The notes: generated by a model not told the origin, from the letters alone. A DNA stretch of 64,000 bases from Holophagaceae bacterium (GCA_017859995.1 JAFJUR010000003.1:6015-70014); one strand, 5' to 3'; counted from the stretch's first letter, positions 36,564-46,161 are shown. Translations and numbers: made by a program.

Positions 36564-39500
36564 TTATCCGGTTCGCTGAATGGTGTTGAGCATGAGACGG
36601 ATCTCCGGTTTGTGAGGATCCAGCGCGACGGCCCGCTTGATGCGGGCCTTCGCGTCTCCGACCAGGCCCCGCGCCTCCGCCAGCTGGGCGCCCCGCAGCC
36701 ACAGCATCGGAACCTTGGAGAACCGCTTCACCTCTTCCTGGAATTCGGTCTCGCCGGCCTCCAGCGCCTTGCCCCCCTCAGGAGTTCCGAGGCCGAGGGC
36801 CCGCCCCTTCCAGAGGGCGACCTCCACCAGGTTGGAGGCGACGATCGAATGGTGGGGCGACAGCTGGCGGGCCTGGCGGTAGGCCTCTTCAGCCTGGTTC
36901 AGGGCGGCGAGCGCCCCGCTGAGGTGACGATCTGTTTCCCACTGCCCCCGCATCAGTGCGGCATTGGCGACGCCATAGTGGGAACTGAAGGTCTGACCTG
37001 CTTTCAAGGCCATTTCGAAACACCGGATGGACTGGTCGAGCGAGGGGCGCGGGTCCATCCCATGGGTGCGCTCATATTCGGCCCGCTCCCCCCAGAGGTA
37101 GCCCAGCAGTAACCTCGTGGAGGTGGCCCCGGGCTCCCGGTCCAGGGTCCGGAGCAGCACCTGCAGGGCGGCTTCGAAGACCTCCCAGGGGGCCTCCCCC
37201 CGCTGGGTGCCTTCACCCAGGCGCCAGATGGACACCCGCGTCAACTCATCAGCCAGCCCCGTATGCCCCGGCCTCAGGGCGAAGGCCTGCCGGCCATGGT
37301 CCAGGGCCCGGTCCAGCCAGGCGATCGGCTCTCCCATTTCCGGGAATTTGGCTGCATAGCGCTCTGTCCGCATGGCGCCTTCGAGCGCCTCGAAGGAAGG
37401 GCGGGATGAGGCCAGCAGCGGCGCCAGGAGACTCAGGGCCTGTCGAAGGGGTCGCGTGCCATTTTGACCCACGACTTGGGCATTGGTGGCCTCCGCAGTG
37501 AGCAGGGCGGCCTCCAGGATCACCGCCCGCTGGCCGCTGGGCTCGAGCTTTCGAAGGGTGGTCACGGCTCGCTCCACGGCCGTGCGCACGGCCTTGGCCT
37601 GGGCCGGGGTAGAGAATGACGGACCAAATCGCAACACCCCAATCCGACCCGCCAGGCCCAGGGCCTCGACGTCGCAGGGAGCGGAATCCAACGCGGCCAG
37701 GACGCTCCGGTGGGCGCGCTCGAGGATCGCCGCCTGCTCCTCCCCGCCCTTGGGCAGCCCCCAGGACAGGAGGGCCTGGGCCTCCAGCAGCTTGGCCTCG
37801 TAGAACCAGGGGGCCTGCGCCTGGGCCGCTTTGGCGCGTTCGACGGCCTCCTCCCAGCGCCCGGCCACCCAGGCGGCCTGCCCCTCCAGGTAGGCGAGCG
37901 GAATCAGCGAGGCGGTCGCCCCCGATCGCAACAGTGGCTCGATGCGCGACGCGGCACGGGCCTGCAGACGGGCGACCGCTTCCTTCCGCGCGTCCCCCGA
38001 GCCCAGGCGCCAGGCCTCATCCAGGTCGTGCTGGTGCAGCTCCAGCAGGGCCCGGCCCAGGGCGGACCGCAGCTCCGGCGTGTCGAAACCCAGGGCCCGG
38101 GCCCGCTCCAGGTGCGACTGGGCCTGCTCCGGCTGGCCCAGCGCCAGCCTCGCGCGGCCCAAGGCGTACTGCCCGGGCGCCTCGGCGAGGGAGCCCTCGG
38201 CCCGCACATCCCCCGCCAGCCGGGTCACGCGCGCTTCCAGGTCCCGCAGCTCCGGCCCCAGGTCGTGGGGCGGGGAGAGCTTGAGGTAGCGGGTCAGGGC
38301 CTCGATGCGTTCCGCTTCCTGGGCGAACCGCTGGGCGAGGGCCGCCTGGGTGCGGGCGCGGAGGCGCTCCCGCACGGCGAAGCCGCCGAAGATGGCCGCG
38401 GTGAGGAGGATCGCGGCGGAGGCGGTCACGATGGCCTTGTGCTTGCGCGCCCAGTGACCCAGGCGCTCAAGGGGCGTGGCCGCCCGGGCCTGGATGGGCT
38501 CGCCGTCGAGGATGCGCTGCAGATCCTCCCCCAGGGCCCGGGCGGTGGGGTAGCGCTTGCGCGGATCCTTCTGCAGGCAGGTGAGCACCACCGTGTCGAG
38601 GTCCGCCGGGAGGGCGGGCCGCCGCCGCCGCAGGGGCACGGGATCGTCCTTCACGATGCGGCCCATGCACTCCAGGCCCTCGCCGCCGAAGGGCGGCGCC
38701 CCGTCGAGCAGGGTGTAGAGGGTGGCGCCCAGGGAGTAGACGTCCGACCGGCGGTCCAGCAGAGAGGCGTTCCCGCGGGCCTGCTCGGGGGACATGTAGC
38801 TCACGGTGCCCATGACCCGCCCCGTCTCCGTGAACCCGCCCCCCTCGGCCCCCCGGGCCAGGCCGAAGTCCAGGACGCAGGCGCGGACGGTGCCGTCCTC
38901 CGCGTGGTCCACCATGAGGTTGGTGGGCTTGAGGTCGCGGTGCACCAGGCCCACGCGGTGGGCGGCGTGAACTCCCTCGCAGACATCGACCATCAGGCGC
39001 AGCAGCGAGTCCAGGGGCAGGGTCGGCGCGGCCTGCTGGAACGTCTCGCCCCGGATGAGCTGCATGGCGATGTAGGGCTGGCCCCGCCACTCGCCCACCT
39101 CGTAGACCCGGCACACGTTGGGGTGGTCCACCCGGGCCTGGAGCTGCGCTTCCTGGATGAACCGCTTGAGGGTGTCGGGCTCGTCCCGGCGCAGGAGCTT
39201 CAGGGCCACGGGGCGCCGCAGGCGCGGATCCGTGGCCTGGAAGATGCGGCCCATGCCCCCTTCCCCCAGCAGCTCCAGGGACTCGAAGCGGCCCCAGCGG
39301 TCCAGCGAAACGGCCCGGAACGGCCCGCCCTGGCGGTAGCCCGCCGACGGGTACGAGGGATCCGACGGCAGGGGGCCGCCGAAGGCCCCGGCCCCTGTCC
39401 CGGTGGGGTCGGACTCCCGCACCAGATCCCGGGACTGGGGCAGGTCGGCGGTGATCTCCATGGACCAGTGGTTGGCCTCGGCCTCGTCCAGGTCAGCCAG

Positions 39501-39644
39501 GTCCTGCTGCAGCATGCGGCGGGCGCCGGAATCCAGCCGGCCGCTGGCGATCAGGCCGTCGAGCCCGTCCGCCGCGGCCTCGCCGGGTTCCACGAGCCCC
39601 CGCGCCACGGCCAGGGCCAGCATCCGCTCGTCAGCGGTGGCCAT
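36564..39644 (-). CDS. Hanks-type Ser/Thr protein kinase with TM segment and C-terminal TPR-like region
   Basis: LGEGGMG, VALK, HRDLKPTN, DFG, YMSPEQ, DVYSLG. Start placed at ATG 39644 (MATADER). Confidence 0.9.
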   Translation of the reverse strand: MATADERMLALAVARGLVEPGEAAADGLDGLIASGRLDSGARRMLQQDLADLDEAEANHWSMEITADLPQSRDLVRESDPTGTGAGAFGGPLPSDPSYPSAGYRQGGPFRAVSLDRWGRFESLELLGEGGMGRIFQATDPRLRRPVALKLLRRDEPDTLKRFIQEAQLQARVDHPNVCRVYEVGEWRGQPYIAMQLIRGETFQQAAPTLPLDSLLRLMVDVCEGVHAAHRVGLVHRDLKPTNLMVDHAEDGTVRACVLDFGLARGAEGGGFTETGRVMGTVSYMSPEQARGNASLLDRRSDVYSLGATLYTLLDGAPPFGGEGLECMGRIVKDDPVPLRRRRPALPADLDTVVLTCLQKDPRKRYPTARALGEDLQRILDGEPIQARAATPLERLGHWARKHKAIVTASAAILLTAAIFGGFAVRERLRARTQAALAQRFAQEAERIEALTRYLKLSPPHDLGPELRDLEARVTRLAGDVRAEGSLAEAPGQYALGRARLALGQPEQAQSHLERARALGFDTPELRSALGRALLELHQHDLDEAWRLGSGDARKEAVARLQARAASRIEPLLRSGATASLIPLAYLEGQAAWVAGRWEEAVERAKAAQAQAPWFYEAKLLEAQALLSWGLPKGGEEQAAILERAHRSVLAALDSAPCDVEALGLAGRIGVLRFGPSFSTPAQAKAVRTAVERAVTTLRKLEPSGQRAVILEAALLTAEATNAQVVGQNGTRPLRQALSLLAPLLASSRPSFEALEGAMRTERYAAKFPEMGEPIAWLDRALDHGRQAFALRPGHTGLADELTRVSIWRLGEGTQRGEAPWEVFEAALQVLLRTLDREPGATSTRLLLGYLWGERAEYERTHGMDPRPSLDQSIRCFEMALKAGQTFSSHYGVANAALMRGQWETDRHLSGALAALNQAEEAYRQARQLSPHHSIVASNLVEVALWKGRALGLGTPEGGKALEAGETEFQEEVKRFSKVPMLWLRGAQLAEARGLVGDAKARIKRAVALDPHKPEIRLMLNTIQRTG

Positions 39645-39723
39645 GGCTGCCTGTGCGCACGGGTCACTCCTGCAGGAAGCCTCCATGGTGACGGGATTGC
39701 CCGCCCCCGTGAAGCGTCCGCGG

Positions 39724-39752
39724 TTGACCGGGCCCCGGGCGCGGGTCAGACT
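39724..39752 (+). promoter_or_regulatory. Candidate sigma70 promoter for the ABC transporter leader
   Basis: TTGACC-17 bp-CAGACT. Confidence 0.45.
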
Positions 39753-39784
39753 GGCCATGGCCCTGGCGCCGGAAAGGAGGTTCG

Positions 39785-39838
39785 ATGGGACGACAAGCCG
39801 ACCTCTCCGAACCTCCGTCGCGTTGCGCCGCCCGCTGA
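39785..39838 (+). CDS. Putative 17-aa leader peptide MGRQADLSEPPSRCAAR
   Basis: Strong SD AAGGAGGT just upstream; GGAGGTTCG (39776-39784) is complementary to CGAACCTCC (39808-39816). Confidence 0.5.
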   Translation: MGRQADLSEPPSRCAAR

Positions 39839-39927
39839 GGCGGCTCCACCCCCGCTCCCCCGAATCCGCACCCTGAACGGGATCGCGGCGTGCCCCGGCA
39901 CGCCCCATCCGCTCCCACGGACCGGCC

Positions 39928-41676
39928 ATGATGCATCGCTTGCTCGACACCGTCTGGGGCCAGGCGACCAACCTGCTGACCGCGCCCATCCGCCACCGGC
40001 GGTGGATCGATCTGCTCGTGCTCGCCGCCCTGGTCGGCACCCTCGCCGCCCTCTGGCTGGTGGGCCGGGAATGGACGTCCGTGCAGCGGCCCATGATGGA
40101 GATCTCGCTCAGCTTCTGGGCCCTGCCGAAGTACCTGCTGCTCTCCCTCATCCGCGCCATAGCGGCCTATGTCATTTCGCTGGCCTTCACCCTGGTGGTG
40201 GCCTACTGGGCCGCCAAGGATCCCCGGGCCGAGCGGGTGCTGGTGCCCATCCTGGACATCCTGCAGAGCGTGCCCCTTCTGGCCTTCCTTCCGCCCGTGC
40301 TGCTGCTCATGCTCACGCTGTTCCCCCGCAGCAACGTGGGCCTGGAACTCTCCGCCGTGCTGCTGATCGTCACCTGCCAGGCCTGGAACATGGCCTTCAG
40401 CTTCTACCAGTCCCTGAAGACGCTCCCCAAGGATCTGGAAGAGACCGCGGGCCTCTACGGCTTCACTTGGCTGCAGAAGCTGCGCTGGGTGGAGATCCCC
40501 TTCGCCACGCCAGGCCTGGTGTGGAACTCCATGGTGAGCGTGGCCAACAGCTGGTTCTTCCTCATGTCCGCCGAGGCTTTCAAGGCCGGCGACAAGAACT
40601 TCCAGCTGCCGGGCGTGGGCTCGTACATGAACGCTGCGGTGGAGCAGGGCAACTCGTCCGCCCAGGTGGCGGCCATCCTCACCATGCTGGCGCTCGTGGT
40701 GCTGCTGGATCAGCTGGTCTGGCGGCCCGTGGTGGCCTGGTCCCAGCGGTTCCAGGTGGATGAGGGCGCCGAGGTGGACCCCGGCGACAACTGGCTGCTG
40801 CGGTTCATGCGGCGTTCCCGGCTGCTCCGCTGGCTGGAGGCCAAGCGCAACCAGCGGCTCCAGCACCGGCGGCCAAGGCCGGTCCTGCTCCGCCGCGCCG
40901 AGGAGGGCATCAAGCGGCCGGGCCGCCTGGCCCCCTGGTTCGCCGCCTCGGCGATGGTGGGCATGCTCGGGCTCCTGGCCCTGGGCGGCGTCTCCGTGAT
41001 CCGCCTCCTCGCCGACGAAAGCCCCGCCCAGTGGCTGCGCCTGCTCAAGGCCGGCGGCGCCTCGCTGTCGCGGGTGCTGGTCTCCACCTTCCTCGCCACC
41101 CTGTGGACCTTGCCCGTGGGCCTCTGGATCGGCATGTCGCCGAAGTGGTCGCGGCGGCTGCAGTCGGTGGTGCAGGTGGCGGCCTCCTTCCCCTCCTCTC
41201 TGATCTTCGCCAGCCTCATCCTCATCTTCCGGGGCATGGGCATCGGGCTCGGCGTGAGCTGCGTGCTGCTGATGGTGCTCTCCACCCAGTGGTACCTGCT
41301 GTTCAACATCATCGCGGGCGCCCAGGCCATCCCCAGCGACCTGCGGGAGGCGGCCCGGGCCTACCGGCTGTCGCTGTGGCGGCGCTGCTGGACCCTGTAC
41401 TTCCCGGCGGTGTTCCCCTTCCTGGTGACCGGCTGGGTCACGGCCACCGGCGGCGCCTGGAACGCGAGCATCGTCACCGAGGTGCTCACGGCGAAGCACG
41501 AGACCATGCGCACCTTCGGCCTCGGCGCCGAGGTGGTCATGGCCACGGACCAGGGCTCCATGCCACACCTGGCGGCCAGCGCCCTCCTGATGGCCGCCCT
41601 CGTCGTGCTGTTCAACCGCCTCGTCTGGGGCCCCCTCTACCGCCTAGCGGAAACCCGCTACGCTCTGAACCGCTGA
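39928..41676 (+). CDS. ABC transporter permease, NitT/TauT-like, two fused TM domains
   Basis: PILDILQSVP, QAWNMAFSFYQS, QWYLLFNIIAGA, GGAWNASIV. Confidence 0.88.
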   Translation: MMHRLLDTVWGQATNLLTAPIRHRRWIDLLVLAALVGTLAALWLVGREWTSVQRPMMEISLSFWALPKYLLLSLIRAIAAYVISLAFTLVVAYWAAKDPRAERVLVPILDILQSVPLLAFLPPVLLLMLTLFPRSNVGLELSAVLLIVTCQAWNMAFSFYQSLKTLPKDLEETAGLYGFTWLQKLRWVEIPFATPGLVWNSMVSVANSWFFLMSAEAFKAGDKNFQLPGVGSYMNAAVEQGNSSAQVAAILTMLALVVLLDQLVWRPVVAWSQRFQVDEGAEVDPGDNWLLRFMRRSRLLRWLEAKRNQRLQHRRPRPVLLRRAEEGIKRPGRLAPWFAASAMVGMLGLLALGGVSVIRLLADESPAQWLRLLKAGGASLSRVLVSTFLATLWTLPVGLWIGMSPKWSRRLQSVVQVAASFPSSLIFASLILIFRGMGIGLGVSCVLLMVLSTQWYLLFNIIAGAQAIPSDLREAARAYRLSLWRRCWTLYFPAVFPFLVTGWVTATGGAWNASIVTEVLTAKHETMRTFGLGAEVVMATDQGSMPHLAASALLMAALVVLFNRLVWGPLYRLAETRYALNR

Positions 41677-41683
41677 GGTGGAC

Positions 41684-42979
41684 ATGCGACCGTCCAATGG
41701 GCTTCCCATCTGCGAACTGCGCGGCGTCCAGATGCGCTTCACCGGCCCCAAGGGCAAGGTGCAGCGCGTGCTGGAAGACATCCGCCTCGACGTGCGCCCC
41801 GAGGAGATCCTCTCCCTCATCGGCCCCAACGGCTCGGGCAAGTCCACCCTGCTGCGCATTCTCTGCGGCCTGCTCGAACCCACCCAGGGCGAAGTCCGCC
41901 ACCACGGCGAACGCCTGGAGGGCCTGAATCCGGGCGTGGCCATGGTGTTCCAGAGCTTCGCGCTCTACCCCTGGATGACCGTGGAGGAGAACGTCCGGAT
42001 CGTGGTCCGCGCCCGGGACCTGCCCGAGCACGAGGTCCGCGAGCGGGCCCACCAGGCCATCCGCAAGGTGGGCCTCGAGGGCTTCGAGGAGGCCTTCCCG
42101 CGGGAGCTGTCGCGCGGCACCAAGCAGCGCGTGGGCGTGGCCCGGGCCCTGGCGGTGGATCCCGAGATCCTCGTCATGGACGAGCCCTTCAGCCAGGTGG
42201 ACGCCCTCACCGCCGAGGCGCTCCGCGCGGAGATCCTGGACATCTGGGCCGACAAGGAGCGCAATCCCACCGCCATCGTCATGGTGAGCCAGTCCATCCG
42301 CGAGGCCCTGCTCATGGCCGACCGGGTGGCCGTGCTGTCCGGCAGCCCCGGCACCCTGCGCACCATCGTGGACGTGCCCCTGCCCCGACCCCGGGACAGC
42401 CGGTCGCCGGAGTTCATGAAGCTGGTGGACCACATCCACGACATCATCACCAGCGCCGAGCTGCCCGACGTGCTCGTGACCACGCCCGTGGCCTCCTCCG
42501 CCCAGGAGGACCAGGTGGAGCCCCTTCCGATGGTGCAGAGCGCCGACATCCTCGGCCTCCTGGAGTTCCTGGAGACCCAGGGCGGGACGTCGGATCTGTT
42601 CCAGGTCGCCTCGCACACCCACGTGCCCTTCGAGAAGGTGCTCACCACCGTGAAGGCCGCCGAGATGCTCGACCTGGTGGACACGCCCAAGCGCCTGGTG
42701 CTGCTCACGCCGCTGGGCAAGCGCTTCGTGAACGCCAACATGGACGACCGCAAGGACCTCTGGCGCGCGCAGCTCCTGGAGCTCCGCCTCTTCCGGGTGG
42801 TGAAGGAGATGATGGATCTGGAGGAAGGTGAAGTCTCCAAAGAAGCCATCGTCCTGGAACTGGCCACCCGCCTTCCCATGGAAGATCCCGAACAGACCTT
42901 CGAAACCCTCGTGGCGTGGGGCCGCTTCGGCGAGCTCTTCGCCTACCGCGAGGAACGCGGCGTCCTCACGCCGGAGTGA
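41684..42979 (+). CDS. ABC transporter ATP-binding protein, NitT/TauT-like, with C-terminal extension
   Basis: GPNGSGKST, VFQSFAL, LSRGTKQRV, MDEPFS, C-terminal WGRFGELFAY. Confidence 0.9.
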   Translation: MRPSNGLPICELRGVQMRFTGPKGKVQRVLEDIRLDVRPEEILSLIGPNGSGKSTLLRILCGLLEPTQGEVRHHGERLEGLNPGVAMVFQSFALYPWMTVEENVRIVVRARDLPEHEVRERAHQAIRKVGLEGFEEAFPRELSRGTKQRVGVARALAVDPEILVMDEPFSQVDALTAEALRAEILDIWADKERNPTAIVMVSQSIREALLMADRVAVLSGSPGTLRTIVDVPLPRPRDSRSPEFMKLVDHIHDIITSAELPDVLVTTPVASSAQEDQVEPLPMVQSADILGLLEFLETQGGTSDLFQVASHTHVPFEKVLTTVKAAEMLDLVDTPKRLVLLTPLGKRFVNANMDDRKDLWRAQLLELRLFRVVKEMMDLEEGEVSKEAIVLELATRLPMEDPEQTFETLVAWGRFGELFAYREERGVLTPE

Positions 42980-43148
42980 CACCGGACCTGGCCCCATCCG
43001 ACTACCGCCCCGATCGCGCGCGACATCGAGTCGCGTGCTCCCGCTCCCGCTGCGCCTCCGGCTTGCGATCGCGGAGGGGGCCCCGTGGGGCCGCTTCGGC
43101 GAACTCTTCGCCTACCGCGAGGAACGCGGCGTCCTCACTCCGGAATAG
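42915..43148 (+). repeat. 65-bp direct repeat of the ABC ATPase gene 3' end around a 104-bp structured spacer
   Basis: Copies at 42915-42979 and 43084-43148; both encode WGRFGELFAYREERGVLTPE-stop. Confidence 0.9.
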
Positions 43149-44040
43149 CCGCCGGCGGGGTGAAGGCGCAGAGGGCCACGCCCGCCAGCACCAGCAGCGT
43201 GCCGAGCCCCTGGAGCGGCCGCACGGTCTCGGACAGCAGGATCCAGCCGAGGATCACCGTGGCCACGGGCTGGGTCATCAGGCCCATGGCCCCCAGGTTG
43301 GTGGGCACGTGGCCCATGCCCCAGGTGATGAGCCACCACGCGACGACCTGGACCACCACCCCCAGGCCCAGCAGGGCCCACCAGGCCCGGGCCGGGTAGC
43401 CCGTGAAGGCTTCGCCCCGGGCCCAGCCCAGGGCGCCGAAGAGCACCGTGCAGCAGACCACCACCCAGAACAGCGCCTCGGGGGCGCTGAGGTCGCGCCG
43501 GGCGCGGCCCAGGGCCAGGGTGAAGGCCCCGTAGGCCAGGGAGGCGAGGGCCCCGAGCAGTTCACCGAGGCCCGTTCCCCACCGGGCGCCCTTGGCCAGG
43601 CCCAGCACCAAGGCCCCGCCCAGCGCCAGGAGCACCCCCGCCCAGAAGCGCCGGCGCAACCGGACCCCCAGCCAGAGCACCGAGACCACCGCCACCCAGA
43701 TGGGGGCCAGGGTCACGAGCAGGGTGGCGTTGGCGGCGCTGGTGTGGTGGAGAGCGGAGTGCCACATCCAGAGGTCGAGCACGAAGCAGACGCCCGCGCC
43801 CAGGGCCCAGGCCTGGGCCCGTCCCGTGCCGGGCCTGCCCCTGCCCCGCGCCAGCCAGGCCACGAACGGCAGGGCGAACAGCATGCGGTAGAATCCCACG
43901 GCCAGCGGTCCGGCGGGCGCGGCCCAGCGCACCAGCATGGCGGCGAACCCCAGCAGCGAGGCGCCCAGGATGAGCGCGGCCAGGCCGCGGGCATCCGGCG
44001 CTTCGCCGCTCCGGGCGGCGGGCTCCGCCTCAGCCTTCAA
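43135..44040 (-). CDS. DMT/EamA family transporter
   Basis: About 10 TM helices; FYRMLFA, TSAANATLL, QPV..ILG.ILLSE. Confidence 0.85.
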   Translation of the reverse strand: MKAEAEPAARSGEAPDARGLAALILGASLLGFAAMLVRWAAPAGPLAVGFYRMLFALPFVAWLARGRGRPGTGRAQAWALGAGVCFVLDLWMWHSALHHTSAANATLLVTLAPIWVAVVSVLWLGVRLRRRFWAGVLLALGGALVLGLAKGARWGTGLGELLGALASLAYGAFTLALGRARRDLSAPEALFWVVVCCTVLFGALGWARGEAFTGYPARAWWALLGLGVVVQVVAWWLITWGMGHVPTNLGAMGLMTQPVATVILGWILLSETVRPLQGLGTLLVLAGVALCAFTPPAAIPE

Positions 44041-44401
44041 GCGTCTCGGCCACCTTGGCCGCCAGGGCCGAGGCCTCCACGGGTTTCAGGAGGAATCCGG
44101 AGATCCCCATCTGCTGCATGCGCATCAGGCTGTCGTCGTCCCGGTGGGCGGAGAGGATGAGGATCGGCTGATCCCGCAGGGCGGCATCCTCCCGGCAGGC
44201 CCGAACCAGCGTCTCGCCGGGGCATTCGGGCATGAGGAAATCCATCACCAGCAGGTCCACGGGGGCCTCGCGCAGCACCCGCAGGATCTCGAACAGCGAG
44301 TTCGGCTCGATCTCCACCACCTCGTGCCCCTTGGCGCGCAGAGCCGCGGCGGCGAAGGCGCGGGCCAAGCGGCTGTCATCCACGATGGCGATGCGGGGCA
44401 T
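44030..44401 (-). CDS. Single-domain response regulator (CheY-like)
   Basis: IVDDS, MDFLMP, LSA, LKP. Confidence 0.88.
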   Translation of the reverse strand: MPRIAIVDDSRLARAFAAAALRAKGHEVVEIEPNSLFEILRVLREAPVDLLVMDFLMPECPGETLVRACREDAALRDQPILILSAHRDDDSLMRMQQMGISGFLLKPVEASALAAKVAETLEG

Positions 44402-44478
44402 GCCGACTCCTCAAGCCCTCATCGTCACCCAGAACCCGGGACTCAACAATGGTTGTCCCACCAGGCCTACCACGGTGG

Positions 44479-45615
44479 CTAATTTGCCCAGCGGGACACC
44501 TGCTCCCAGATGTCCTCATCGCTCGACGGGCCGTTGAGGAGGATGGCGAAAACCCGCACCTGGCCATCCAGGGTCTGCAGATACCCGCAGAGGCTGGTCA
44601 CCCGATCGAGGTGGCCTGTCTTCACCCGCACCCGACGGGTGAGGTTCGGATCCTTCACCTTCAGCTTCCAGGGCTCGCCCCCGATGACCTTCAGCGAGGA
44701 CACGAACTCAGGCCCCACCTCGAAGTCGTGGTAGGCGCCGCGCAGGATGATGGCGAGGGTGCGCGCCGAGAGACGGTTGTCCTTGCTGAGGCCCGATCCA
44801 TCCGTGATGCGCACGGCCTCCGGCCCCAGGCCGAAGGTGGCGCGGTAGAAGGCCTGGATGCGCTGGGTACCCCGGGCCCAGGAGCCCGCCCCGTACTGCC
44901 GCACCAGCATCTCGGCCATGAAGTTGTTCGACCACTTGTTGATGTCCATGACCATGGCCCGGAGGGGCGGCGAGGTCCAGCCCAGCAGCTTCCGCGGCGT
45001 CCCGTCACGGCCCGTCCCGCCTTCCACCGCGATGCCGGCGGCCTGCAGCACCTGCAGGATCGTTTCCCGGCTCAGGCGCTCGGGATCCGCCGCGAGCCGG
45101 CCGGCGTCATCCCGGTTGAAGTTCACCGACAGGGGCAGCACCGCGGGCAGGGTGTCGGCGGTGGTGTTCTCCCAGCCCTGGGGCTCCCGCTGCCCGTCGG
45201 AGGCGCTCTGGTCCAGCCGGACGCTTCCGGTGACGCGCAGCACGCCCTGGCGCCGGAGGGCCTGGGCCAGCAGCCACAGGCGCTCGCTGGTGAGCAGCGG
45301 ATCCCAGGCGCCCTTGAAGGTCAGGTCCCCCGCCACCACGCCATCCTTCAGGTCGCCCCAGACCTCGGTCTCCAGGGTGAAATCCGGTTTCAGCGTCTTC
45401 AGCAGGGCATAGGTCGTCACGGCCTTGGTGGTGCTGGCGGGCACCAGGTCGCGGTCCTCCTGGTGGCGGTCCAGGGCCTTGCCGGTGGCGGCGTCCCACA
45501 GCCCGGCGGACACGGACACGCCGCGGGCCTCCAGGCCGCGGGCCCACTGCTGGAATGTCTGCCCGGACAGGGCCAGGCCCGAGAGCAGGAGCGCCGTCGT
45601 CACGGCCCGGCGCAC
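44479..45615 (-). CDS. dacB: D-alanyl-D-alanine carboxypeptidase/endopeptidase (peptidase S13)
   Basis: PASTTK (SxxK), SNN (SxN), DGSGLS, KTG; GTG start after AAGGAG. Confidence 0.88.
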   Translation of the reverse strand: MRRAVTTALLLSGLALSGQTFQQWARGLEARGVSVSAGLWDAATGKALDRHQEDRDLVPASTTKAVTTYALLKTLKPDFTLETEVWGDLKDGVVAGDLTFKGAWDPLLTSERLWLLAQALRRQGVLRVTGSVRLDQSASDGQREPQGWENTTADTLPAVLPLSVNFNRDDAGRLAADPERLSRETILQVLQAAGIAVEGGTGRDGTPRKLLGWTSPPLRAMVMDINKWSNNFMAEMLVRQYGAGSWARGTQRIQAFYRATFGLGPEAVRITDGSGLSKDNRLSARTLAIILRGAYHDFEVGPEFVSSLKVIGGEPWKLKVKDPNLTRRVRVKTGHLDRVTSLCGYLQTLDGQVRVFAILLNGPSSDEDIWEQVSRWAN

Positions 45616-45617
45616 GG

Positions 45618-46139
45618 TCACTCCTTCGGCGACTGGGACTTGGCGCCGGCCCCGATGCGGGAGCCGGACTTCTCCTGGGCGGCCTGGTCCGTGATGCCCA
45701 GCAGGTTCTGGTCCGCGGAGAACATCCAGTCGTGGGGGTTCTCCTTGTTCATGTACTTGTGGATGCCGTTCGCCGTGCTGCGGGTGCGCACGCCGACGAT
45801 GGGCAGGCCTTCCGTGTTGCCCGAGGCCCCGGCCTGCACCTGGGTGATGTACTCCCACTCGCCCGAGGGCGTCATCGGATCCTTGTACTTCTGCCGGAGG
45901 ATGCGGGGACGCAGCTTCATGACCTCGTCGAGATCCTTCGGGTAGCGGCCCGTCTTGGCGGCGTAGATCTTCAGCGCCGCCGCGATGGCCTCGCCCCGGA
46001 AGATCAGCTCGGCCTCGTTCTCGCGCTGGACTTCGGCCTTGATGAGAGGACCGGCCTTCAGCAGCATCAGCCCCATCACCACGGCCATCGCCAGGGCGAG
46101 GGCCATCGTGAATCCGCGCTGGGACCGGTGGGGGGACAT
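45618..46139 (-). CDS. Type II secretion pseudopilin-like protein
   Basis: QRGFTMALAL prepilin-like N-terminus; ELIFRG, YPKDL, LRQKYKDPMT. Confidence 0.75.
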   Translation of the reverse strand: MSPHRSQRGFTMALALAMAVVMGLMLLKAGPLIKAEVQRENEAELIFRGEAIAAALKIYAAKTGRYPKDLDEVMKLRPRILRQKYKDPMTPSGEWEYITQVQAGASGNTEGLPIVGVRTRSTANGIHKYMNKENPHDWMFSADQNLLGITDQAAQEKSGSRIGAGAKSQSPKE

Positions 46140-46161
46140 GGCTGCTCCGGCAGACAGGGTA

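Noticed and set aside
39645-40160. 172-aa N-terminal extension of the kinase in the ORF track
   Set aside because: It overlaps the divergent permease and its leader; the start at 39644 is more plausible.
37710-40763. Long antisense ORFs (also 10682-13138, 30842-33382, 45985-48456, 56580-59012, 62179-63936)
   Set aside because: Shadow frames of real genes in high-GC DNA, with no motifs or RBS.
42915-43148. Diversity-generating retroelement VR/TR pair
   Set aside because: No reverse transcriptase is nearby, all changes are synonymous, and one is G/T rather than adenine-specific.
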